64,000 nt of DNA from Podarcis gaigeae (lineage: Eukaryota). The position numbers and the translations under genes were made by a program. How positions within the stretch are numbered: the first letter of the stretch is position 1; each line of letters opens with the position of its first letter. The notes under the pieces are model-generated. The model worked only from the letters and a program-made list of their open reading frames with translations, had not been told where the DNA came from and made no database searches. The stretch lies in assembly GCA_964106915.2 (NCBI GenBank), contig OZ066915.1; one strand, written 5' to 3'. Of this stretch, positions 1-10,979 are shown piece by piece.

Positions 1-2276
1 CAGGCAATATTTACTATGATTTACTGTGACATGCAGATGAGGCCCAGTGTAATTTTTACCTGAAGGTCTAGCTTCCTCCTTATTCAGTGATGAAAGCAAA
101 GTAAACAGATGGAGAAGCCATCCTGACTGCCATACATTTGATGGGCTGCTACTCAAACCAAGACTTTAAGCATAGTGACCACCAGCATTTTAGAATATAT
201 TTCCTATTGAAATTAAACAGGCACCTACAATTCTCACATTTTGTCCTTTAATGAAAAGGTTATTCTTCTGTCAAGCATTTTTAGAGAAATGATTTTATTC
301 ATTGTAGGTCACTTGACACTGTACTTTGTAATTTTATGATGCTATAGTGGATTTTTATTGTTTTGTTCATTTGTTTAATTTGGTACACATCATGATACAT
401 GCTAATCTCACACCTGGTATATGCAAACTGAGATCCAACCTGCAATAACTAGACTCATTCATAGGTTTGTTGACACCCTGTGACCAAATCATTTTTGCTT
501 CAAATCATTGGTTCATGCTTAGCAGTTCTGCTTTTTGCATGTGTTCATTCCTGTTATAATTTCACCTTGCAAGATAGTCCCCTTCACTCATTCGCTGGTC
601 CTATGTATGGGTGGATTATCTATTTACCTCCCGACTCACATGCACACACAACAAACTCATCTATTTCCACATCCTTAAGGATGCTTACAAAAAGTTCATG
701 TCACAATCAATTTATTAGTCTTAAAGGAGCCACAAAACTTGTTATTTTTACAGCCACATACCAACGCATCTACTTCTCTAGAATTTGTTTCTAATAGTTG
801 CAGATGTTCATGTAATGTTTTTCACCTGTACTGCAGAGAAGAGATGGTCCCAAGAGTCCTTGTATGCCCCTCCAGGAACCAAGGCTATACAAGGAACAAT
901 GTCTGCAGGTTTTGATTTGATTAGTCACATTCTGCATCTTCTGGGTGCCCAGAGGCCTTGTTCCTTCCTAATGGATGCTCTGTGCAATCTCTCTAACTGC
1001 ACTTGATGGAGTTGAAGGAGATGCCTGTCAGCTTGCAGTTTACTTCTTTGGAATCAGCTATATGTATGTGTTGTTCTGTGTGCTCAGGAGCTGCACCTGA
1101 ATTTACATAAGTCTGGCTGTATGCCCCTGTTCTAACTGTGGGTATTCATTGGCAAGCAGAGATACAGGGATAACTTAGCCTCATCCGTCTATCCAGCTCC
1201 AAACTGCAGCTGATTTTTCTCCTGTTTTACCCCCACCCATTCCTTTTAACTAACGTTTTCTAAATGGCCTCCATGGCCTAGGAAAGAGCAACATTCATTA
1301 GAGTGCTGCCTCTTTATAATTTGAGGCCAATAGGACAATTTCTCTCCTTCCTTAGGAATCTCTAAAGGGAATATATAGAAGCAGAAATCATCCACTTGAA
1401 ACCGAGCACAGGATATAGCTCTGTCTTTGGAAAAAAAGGGAAATTTCTCTCTCTCTCTCTCGGCTAACAATGCACACTGAATAGCTGGAGATAATCCACT
1501 TGCTAATGCTGGGCTTACCAGTCTGGGCTGGCTACCCATGAAGACCCACAGAAAATTCTGAATGACTTCTGAAAATTCTGAAGGAGTCTAAAGCAAGGGA
1601 ACGGAAGGGCATGCATGGCAAAATGACAAGATTTAGCCCCCCCCTGTGATTTCATGCTTCACAATACACAGACATTGGGGTTGTGCTGGATAAAAACCAC
1701 AACATGACAAACTCACACAGCAACCTGGTATGCCATAGCATTTCCCCTCACTCCACCACCTCCATTCCAGCCTCTACATGGAGTGGAGGTGAATTTCTAT
1801 AGGTCACTCCAGGGGCTTCCTACTGGGATTGAGGGGGGGGGAGCCACTGCTGTCAACAGGAGCGTCCCTCCCATAAGGTAATTGCCTTATGGGGGGATTT
1901 TTAAGGGGACCACACTGGATGAAGTGTTAAATAAACCTCCCCTCACTGCATGCTGCAGTCCCAGTGAAAATTACGCCTTTCACAGAAAGCGTTGTGTGCT
2001 ACTCACTTAACATAATGTGTAATCAGGGCCTCAGATCCTGTGCACATCTTACATTGGGCTGCTATGGCTTCCCTTGATTAAACACTTTCCGTTCCAGTGA
2101 CTGAAGGAGACATGGCCCCCAATGGATTCCTTACTTGACAAACATGGATTCCAGTGATGTTTTGTGCTCATTAAAAAAACCCCACACCCAACAATTAAAC
2201 AAAGAAAAAGCAGAACTTTCACCTCTCTTCTAAACCCTTTGAAGCAAAGGGTCTAGGCGTGCTGGCTGTCACTTAC

Positions 2277-2723
2277 CAAGTTGCCTTCATCATCCATATC
2301 GTCACATTCAGGAAGTGGATCTTCCAAATGAAGCTGCTGTATCAGAACTCTGGAGGTTGTTTTACCATTGCAATCTTGGTGCTCTGATGCAGAGGTGTGG
2401 CTACTGTGTATGCTGCTGGTCCGGTATAGAGAAGGCACCTGAAGGGTATCTTGGAAGTCAAAAGAGCCTTTGGTTTCCAGTGACTCAATGCGGTGAGGTA
2501 TAGTGCCATTAATGCTCCCAGTCCGACTGGACTGCTCTTCATCAGAGCTTTCCCCTTCCTCTGAACTCTGCTTCCCATCCCCGGATAAAAGTGACTTGCG
2601 CTCTCCACTTTGGTTGCGACGTTTCAAGCTGGGAGCCCGCCCTATGCTGTTCCAGCTTGACCTGCGGCTGTTCCAGCTACCTCCGGCACTCCAAGGACTG
2701 TGTGGGGAACTCCGGGCGCTCAC
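2277..2723 (-). CDS. CACNA1G: CACNA1G exon 17 (447 nt): [36 protein letters not shown]...[14 protein letters not shown] loop
   Basis: ORF 2253..2723; acceptor ttgccctag|GTG, donor TTG|gtaagt; 149 codons. Confidence 0.95.
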
Positions 2724-2915
2724 CTAGGGCAAAGCAGCGAAGAACAGGTAAGAAAACCAAGCCAGGTGCTAAACAATAGCCACCTGGGGCCTGCACTCAA
2801 TTAGCAAGGCCTCAAGCCATCAAACTTCGCAGTAGGTGCTCTGGTATGTCACACCCTTGGAAACAACAACTAAGACAAGAAACAAACAGCGTGACAAGAA
2901 AGACAACTCACGTAC

Positions 2916-3100
2916 CGGAGATTTGAGATCATATGTATTAGGATCCATGGAGATGCTACTAGCTCTTCGGGAATCATAGCCTTGAGCCGCTTCCCCATAG
3001 ATGGCACTTTTCGGCATGGGCATTGGTGTAGCGGCGGTGTGGATGATGAGCGGAGGTGTTAAGCTCTTCTTTAGCTCTGGGTGGTCACAAAGAGCCATCA
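2916..3100 (-). CDS. CACNA1G: CACNA1G exon 16 (185 nt): (L)MALCDHPELKKSLTPPLIIHTAATPMPMPKS...TYDLKSP
   Basis: Inside ORF 2820..3113; acceptor tttctcag|TG, donor CCG|gtacgt; conserved PPLIIHTAATPM motif. Confidence 0.93.
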
Positions 3101-3823
3101 CTGAGAAAAACAAAGGACATTTAAGTCATACCCTAAGGGTGGAGGCACGTGAATGCATGTGTCAAGGTCTTGATGCCAACTTGATGCCATGTGCTTCTGA
3201 GCTAAAGGGGTTTCTCCTCCTCATCTCTTCCACCCTTGTATGAGTTTCACGTTTTTCTGTTTGTACACTTCTTGTACTCTACTCTCTTTCATTTACCTCT
3301 GATCACTTTTCCTAAATACACATGAATTACAAGTAGCTGTGCTCTGCTTCTTCCATTCCCATTGAGAGATACCAACAAGGCCAGTCTCCCTTTTCTGGTG
3401 GATAGTCTTTAACAGCACCCTTAAAGGTAAGCAGCTTGGGCAAGGGGAAGGAGCAACATAATGTGCAGTAGGCTTCTCCAACCTGATGTCATGATGAGGT
3501 TGGACTACAATACCCATCGATCCCAGCTGATATACAGCAGTATCAAGTCTTGTTCCCTACACCACCCCCCACCATGAGAAGGGAAAGAGACCGGCCCATT
3601 AAGCTAATGGTCTGTAAGTCATGTATGAAATTTTTAAGGCCACCAAACAGGACTTTCCTTTCTGAATTCTTTTGATTACAATCATTCAATTATGTTCTCT
3701 TGAATCAAAATCACGTTAGTTCAAAGTGAGACTATTCTGGAGTTAGAAGTTCAAGAAAAACAACACCCGCTATTCATACTAAAATGAAAAACAGTTCTCC
3801 TTGAAGGAGCAGCAGCTACTTAC

Positions 3824-3914
3824 AGGCTGGATTTGAGAAGTTCTTAAGCCCACAGTCTTCTTCCAGACTACGTGGGAAAAGCTCCCCTTCAGAATCAGAT
3901 TTAGTAGCATCACC
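3824..3914 (-). CDS. CACNA1G: CACNA1G exon 15 (91 nt): GDATKSDSEGELFPRSLEEDCGLKNFSNPA(L)
   Basis: Acceptor ttgatctag|GGT, donor GCCT|gtaagt; resembles mammalian GDANKSESEPDFFSPSLD; 30 codons +1 links in frame to exon 16. Confidence 0.92.
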
Positions 3915-4399
3915 CTAGATCAAAACAAAGTGCTTTAGCAAGCAGGATGAAAAGCGATAGTTAACTCAGGATTCCCCTTCTGAATAAAAGGGTCCTTTCA
4001 CCCAACAAGATATCCACTGTTCCACTGAAATTGTTACCACAATGGGACATCACCTTCCACAAAATGATGCATGCATATATTGATAGCACATCAATTCACT
4101 ATGCAGTAATCCTTCAGGAAGGGCAGAGAGGCTACATTTGATTCAAAAGCAGCTAAAGACTTGAATGGGGCAGGAACAAACTGTTTAACCTCCATCAGTT
4201 GGAATCTCAGACCGAAACACAGCTACCAGTAAATGCTCTATTGGCCAAGTAAAATTAGACTCTATTCTTAACTTACTTTCCTAGCTATTCAGACGAATTC
4301 CTCATACACCTACATTCACAGGAAGTCAAAATGCTTCTTGCTGAAATTGATTTTAAAAAAAAGATGATTGCAAATTGCATTGAGACATATACATGGAAG

Positions 4400-5300
4400 G
4401 CGATTCACTAATTATTATCATTATTGATAATATACAAAATAATCGAGATTTTAACCAGGAATCTGAAAATGTATCTTGGTGATTACAGTGGGTAAGGGAA
4501 TATGGGTGACGATACTGGAAAATGGGAATATATAGAAGAAAGTCCAACTAAGTGGGCAGCCCCTAATCTGATTGCTGCATGCAGCTTTTTCAAAAATAGT
4601 TAGCAATACAAAAATCTGCAGTCAAAACCTTTTTGGGAGGACACTTTCTATTGTTTGGCTATCCTTTGGGAGGAAGGGTAGAATACAAGTTCAATAATAA
4701 AGATAGACTTTTACAAAATTTAGACTGGTACAATCTATTGATTAGTAGTGTGAATTCATTTATTTGAATGGCTTGAAGTAAATATATATATCCTATCTGG
4801 TTGCCAATGAAGAGCAGTGACATGGGTCTACATGACTGAAATGGTAAGATCTGGGTCATTTGGCTATAGGCAACGGGGTTTTACCACATGGGCAAGTCCT
4901 GTCTAACAAATTAGAAGCTTGAAGCTGACAAAAAGCTTGTCCCTATTAGAGGTTGGTCTAGAGCTTCTTCCAATTCCATGTTAAATAATTCACTTGCTCA
5001 TTAGCCTCTGCCATTTGCTTCACTGATAGGTTTCTAAGATCAGGCATCATAAACAAAGGGCCCTCAATACCTTCCCCTTCAGTCCTCTGATCCAATTCAC
5101 TGGCACTTGTGGTGGTAGATGGGAGAGTGTTATAACCCAAAAATATAAGCCATGAATAGCATATACAATAATTATTCCAGTCTGATTTCCTGAAGAAATC
5201 ATAATTCCAGAGAAGAGTAGTCTCCAGGGAGTTTGATGTGGTCAGTGGAAGAAGTTGATACAGCGATAACAGAGAAGCCAAGCAAATTTTTACTTTCCTA
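4400..5300 (-). mobile_element. Possible highly decayed L1/Tx1-like LINE ORF2 remnant
   Basis: Broken minus-strand frames contain IFLGY and YIYLLQAIQI, reminiscent of the L1-type KYLG and LYLFQAIPI motifs; boundaries approximate. Confidence 0.3.
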
Positions 5301-6048
5301 ATTTTCTAGCTAAAGTAAGGCAACTACCACAGCAAAGTACAACAAAGTCTACATTGCTGTTCTAAAAAGCCTTGGCTCACCCTGATGACATTTGGTGCTT
5401 GGGCAAAACATGAAAAGCAGAATGGGCAGTAGTTGGGAGGATAATGCTAAATGGCTGGCTTTTGAAAACAAATTTTGCCTGATTAAAGAGTACAGGACAC
5501 ATCATCAACATAAATGACCTTTATTTTCTCTAATTAAGTGCCTGTGTCTGTTTATCTATGTAGCTGAGCACGTAACGTATTTTTTCTCCAATCAAGCTTT
5601 GAACTTTTTCTCAAAGATGCTTCTTGATCAAAATAGAGAGTGCACATAAACACAAAATCCTACATCTTCACCAGGTCTGTATGTAGGGCATTAGGTCTAT
5701 TTAGAAATACTCAGTCTCCCCCTATTATGGTAGGTGAGGATTGTTGAGGAATGTATTCTGTTAAAAAGGACTTAAACTAATTAGTTTTTTTGTGACACAG
5801 AATCAACCTGACTTCTCCTCTTGGAAAGTTTCCCAACAGTATACTAAAGATGAACTGATTTATTTAAGACAATAATTAAAACAGGATTAGAAGCAGTAAT
5901 CTATTAATCTCCACAATTAATGGATCAATTCATTAGTGGTTTAGACATGATTTAACCATGCTTTCACAGATAACAAGAGGCATAGCAATAGGAAAGGACA
6001 GGGTGATGTTTCTTACTTGATCAAATGCTTATTACTTTAAGGCAGGGC

Positions 6049-6216
6049 AGGGTGGTGAATCTCAAACCTTTCAGATTTTGTTGGGCTTTAATTCACATCA
6101 GCCCTAGCAAGCATGGCCAATAGTCAGCGATAATAGGAGTTTTACCTCTCCCCCTTTTTTTCTTTACTCTGCAGCCTTCCGGTAACTTCCAGAGGGCTAC
6201 AGGTTCTTCATCCCCA
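6049..6216. mobile_element. Short non-autonomous DNA element (MITE, probably hAT-type) with internal hairpin; related copies at ~28893-29023, 34550-34670, 35636-35755, 47595-47730, 53562-53625, 60900-61010
   Basis: Recurrent motif ttgttggactacaactcccatca...catggccaatggtcagggatgatgggag...caacaacatctggaggg seen in several degraded copies in the window. Confidence 0.6.
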
Positions 6217-7143
6217 GTTTAAATGCAGAGGTATCACAAAGCTTCATGATCAACTGATCTCTTAACACCAAAAGAATTTGGTCCAGCATAAGGTATCATC
6301 TTTTATCTATTTTGTATCTCTTGAGATTTAAAGCGTGGAGTCTTAACTGAAGCTGCCCCCTGCTGAGATGATGCCCAGAATTAATAGCGTAGCTGTAAAA
6401 TAGCTGCATTGCTTCTTTCAATCAGCCAATGCATTAAATACGTTTCCTCAACAGTAAATTATTATGCTATTTAGTGGAGATAAATGGCTCACTTAATTAC
6501 CCCTAAAAGGTCAGTTGTGTTTATATGCTTCAAAATGAATATGATACAGGAGTATGATGGGCTGGGTTTAAACCTGGGAAACTCCTGAAATAACTCCATG
6601 GAGGGTTTCTTCAGTTTGGCAGTCCATTTTTCTGCAATTCTAATTTCTCACTAATGTTTCAAGCAAAAATGAGAGAAATTCCTGTTCAGATATGTGCCTT
6701 TATAAGACTTGCTGCTTCAGAAAAATAAAGTGTTTTCGATGAGGAAATGTGCCAAAGCACGTTATGACATTGCATAAAATATCATATGGCAAGCAACTAT
6801 GTTAGCACAAACGTCCAAAGCCAAACTACTATGTATGTGGAAAAGTATGAATAAAAGAGAGGTTAATTAATTAACTACTTGGTGGTTTTTAGAGTGAAGC
6901 TGGATTAAGATCCTCAGATTGAAATTTGTTATCTCTTTTCATGATTTAGTTTGAGTTCCTAAAATTATAAATAAAGAACAGTGGGAAGATACTTTTATCC
7001 TCCAGCCCTGCAGCACCAAACCCCATGTTTTCTTTGAAATAAAGCACCCCTGCCAAATAATATACCAGCACCTTTGTCAGTACACTAAGCACTAAGTTTA
7101 GCCGCAGACAAGCATCACCCACCAGGGCTCCAATAGAAATTAC

Positions 7144-7170
7144 CTGTTTTTGCACTCCCAGTTTGCCTTT
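7144..7170 (-). CDS. Candidate 27-nt in-frame microexon (KGKLGVQKQ) between exons 14 and 15
   Basis: gcctttttcatccag|AAAGGCAAACTGGGAGTGCAAAAACAG|gtaatt: canonical sites, 9 sense codons, phase 0/0 matching the flanking exons. No transcript evidence. Confidence 0.4.
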
Positions 7171-8600
7171 CTGGATGAAAAAGGCATCGTATGAGTGAAT
7201 GCAGAGTTTAAATCTTTTTTTCCTAGAAGCACAAGTATTTTGAGATGGCCTATAGGGTATTAGAGATATACAAATGTAGGGGAAGCAGTATCTGGCTATA
7301 ACACAAGAGGCTTTTCATCTAAATAAAAGCTGCTGCTTCCAATGCTGAATGGAAATGGAGAAAAAATGGGAAAGGATAGGCACATGGCAGGAATAGGCTA
7401 TGGAAAGGGAAGCACAATTTATGAAGTGCTTGATTTCATGGAAATAAATGGAGCCTTGTAGACCTTTAGTATGTCAACATTTGACATAGCTTTTGTGTCA
7501 TCATTCTGGGTTGTTTTTTTTAATATAAAGAAAACATTGTTAGCATACAGAACATTGTTAGGATTAGGTCCATCAGCACATCATAACTCTACGAAAGAGT
7601 AGGAGTATTAAAACTTTTTTTGACCTTTCCTACATACCCTAGACTGGGGGATTTTGCTCAGAGATTATTGCCCAAGTTATCTGCAGTTTTGTTTTTTTTT
7701 GTTTTAAAGACACCAGCATTTATTGCAGCTGCCTCGATTTTAGCACTGACTTTTCCAGAACAGAGTTGTCTCACACATGAGCATCCACAAAACGTGCTTG
7801 ATTTTAGGTCTCTTCTGTCTTTGAGGGGTTTCTTTAATCTCTCTCTCTCTCTTTTAACAAGAACTGGGTGTGGTATGCAAAGCAGTTAACAGCCTGTTTG
7901 TAAACCCTGTGCAAGGTCAAGAATACGCTGAAAACAATATGGGTCACGTTATCTTAGAATTCACTTTAATCCAATGGGCAGTCTCTCAGTGACTTGAATG
8001 GTCTCTGGGCCTAAGCTAGTACAGCCCTGCCATTGGTAGTAAGTAGATAAAACAATTTTATATTGAGAAAGTAGATATAACAATTTGTATCTCTCCATGA
8101 ACATGAAACCAATCTACATGCATAAGAGCAAGTGCATTAGCGTAGTAAATGCAAGCAAATCCCAGTGATCCTGATGGAAATCAAAACCTGGATCCATGGA
8201 GTCACAGGCAGCATGTTGCTCAAGCATATTGAGAGCTTGGAGAGCACTGGCCAAGGCATGAAACTGAACTTCCATATGCAAATATTATTTTAAATGGCAT
8301 CTATCTTTTAGGGAGAAACCAGAAACTTGTGAAGAAAAATCTCACTAGGGAGGAAGGAAGGAATCCAGAACAGGTTCTCAATTATTAAGGGGACTCTGTT
8401 AATTCCCTCAAAGAAGGAAGAGACTTTAAATCAAGGCTAACTTGACAACAACAACAAGTCCAAAACCAAACAGCTACCATGATGAGAACAGTGGCAATGA
8501 TGTGATTGTTCACCACAGAGGGAGAGAATGAGAGAAAAAGAGAGAGAGAGAGACAACTATCAGACGAAGTTTGGGGTGTTCATGCCAAGGTCTTACATAC

Positions 8601-8669
8601 CACTGACGAGTCGACAGGCAGCTGAATACAGCTTAACTGCCTACTCGCTGCTTCCCGTTTGGTGATTTC
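8601..8669 (-). CDS. CACNA1G: CACNA1G cassette exon 14 (69 nt): [23 protein letters not shown]
   Basis: Acceptor ttttacttcag|GAA, donor GTG|gtatgt; 23 codons, phase 0/0. Closely resembles the mammalian alternatively spliced exon 14 peptide [23 protein letters not shown] (recalled). Confidence 0.93.
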
Positions 8670-10844
8670 CTGAAGTAAAAATGAGGAAGGAGGGTGAGGA
8701 AAGGGGCAGGGAAGGAAGGGAAGGCGGGTTTACAGGTTTTACAAATTTCAACATCAAAATTGAGAGAGTGGATCAAAGGGGGAACGATATCGGTATAAAA
8801 AGGATGGAAACAAAAAGGGAAAAGTGAGAGAAAAGGGAAGGCACCCATTGGGGTCAATTTCGTATCAAGGAGAAGCAGTGGAACAGGTCAGACTACACCT
8901 GAGTCGTCTGATGCCTTCATATTTGCTCTGTACAAAGGATAGTTCAAGCTGTTGAACATCCTTCATTGGGGGGGGGGGGGATCAACCTTACCTTCAAATT
9001 AAGAGTTCCAAAGAATTCTTCTTTCATTTATTGCTTGTTTGTATATAGCACAGTATTAACAGTAATGTGTTTTATATCTGTTTCATAAGATCAAGTGTGT
9101 TTCTCAAGCAGAAGCCCCCACCTCCACTCCCCAATGCCACATAGTAAACCACCTTTAAGGTTTTGATATAGAAAGGGGTATGTGTCTGCTGTTCAAGGGG
9201 GAGAAAATATGTTGGAAATAATCAGTCTGACTTTGTTGTACAAAAAGGCAAGGTTTTCATGCAAGTTTCAATTTGTTAGCTAAGGATTTAATTTTCTCTT
9301 GCCTGCCATATTTGGTGACAGTACGGTTAATTTCCAGGGTAATGATGTCAGTAAATTAGAACCAATTGAAAGGATGACTGGTCAAAAATTTGGACCTAAG
9401 CAGAATAGTAAAATATACATATATCAGCTGCTCAATTTAAACTATTATCAAACTCACTTGCAGAAAGGAAAGCACAAGGATAAGCCAGAAAATGCTAAAA
9501 TGTGGGTGTTTTTTTTAAAGGACAATTTTGTGATAGAAGTGTTTTTTAAGTATAAGGCATGGTCAACCCATTCCAAAAGCGCTACCAAGAGATGTTGTAA
9601 AATAGCTCATAATTTCCTTCCTCCTTTCTCAGGCTCTGTTCCCACACATAGTTTAGGCACGGTATGACTACTATTATGAATCTTAATTATTTACACACAG
9701 CTACCATTCCCTTGCTCATAGGTTGTTTTGTGGTAGGGTTCAAGTTTGAAGAATAACTGACACAAAAGAGGGATATGAGATGAGCCAGCCACTAAGGATT
9801 GCCTGAGACAAGCGCAGAAACTGTAGGTAACATGAAAAGATTACCAATGGAATAATATGCTTCATAGATAATATTATCATGAAGTCCCTCAGGAGAGAAG
9901 CTTTATCTCCGACAGAAAGCTCTCTCACCAGAAGCCAATGTCCCCCCCCCCCCCGATATATCCCCCAGGGTACAGACCTGACAGCTCAGTCAGTAATTTT
10001 TGCATTACCAGCTCTGTCAAACAGAGTCGCACTCCTCTTATTGCACAACTTACAACTGCTTCAAATTCAGACACAAAATTCAGACTGAGCATAAGTAAAT
10101 AAATAAGCCACTTGCATGCTGCAGGGAACGTGTTATGTGTGCATCTTGCATGAGGCACCAGCTAGGCTTATGTTTTAAAGTTTGTGTGTGTGTATGTGTG
10201 TTTTAGAGCAGCCCCATTCTTTTGTATGTTTGCCTGCTGCTTAGCAACAAAAGGGTCCTGCACAGTCAGGCACTAAAATTAACAAAGTGTTTCCAGAGTT
10301 GAAGAAAGGCACTTGAGGATCACAAAGATAAAACCAACCGCAACACCGAGAGAAGTTTCCAGAGAGAAATCTCAAATAAGTGGGTGGGTTGGGGCACTTA
10401 AAGGAGCAAAAAGTATTTGAGTTTTTTTCTTTTCTTTTCTTTTTAAAAAAAGGTTCACGTGACAAGACAGCAGTAAACCTTGCTACTTTATTTGCTACTT
10501 TATTTGCAAAAAGGGTTACTTGTATGCAAAGCACGTTGTAAGGAAGGAAAAGAACGATTGAAACTTGAAGGCTGTTTGATTTTAAATAGAACAAAAATTA
10601 AGAAAGAAGGAAACATCCTAAATCTGTGTAAGAATTCATAGAGTTTTGCTGACTCACTTCAGGGGACACCCTGACCACAAAGAAATAGCAAACCTGTTTG
10701 TGTTCTGTACATGTCCTTTCATGGGTGTAGCCGGTATTTTTGGTGGGAGGGAGAGAACCTCATATTTGTTTTTATTTTGACTGATTTAGGGGGGCAACTG
10801 CCCCCGGGCTACACTCATGTGTCCTTTAGACATAAGGGTACCAT

Positions 10845-10979
10845 CTGGGCTTTTTTCCAGCTGCAATTCACCGGACCTCAGTTTTGGCACCTCTCAGGTG
10901 GGTGCCATTGCCATTAGAAGAGAACAAAGGAGGTGTTCATCGTGATTTCTGGCATCTCTTTTTCTAGAAAATAGTACTG
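10845..10979. mobile_element. hAT-type MITE, copy 1
   Basis: Termini c(t)gggctttttt ... aaaatagtactg; flanked by an 8-bp duplication ggtaccat / ggcaccat (1 mismatch); a second copy lies at 12779. Confidence 0.7.

Noticed and set aside
1246-1539. ORF containing FCFYIFP as a possible CACNA1G exon 18
   Set aside because: Only superficial similarity to the expected ...ERDSWSAYIFPP peptide; no CCxERDSW motif or fitting donor. Exon 18 probably lies left of the window.
10658-10670. 13-nt poison microexon candidate (cag|GGTGTCCCCTGAA|gtgagt) in intron 13
   Set aside because: Not frame-preserving, weak exonic donor bases (GAA) and no other support; expected by chance in several kb of intron.
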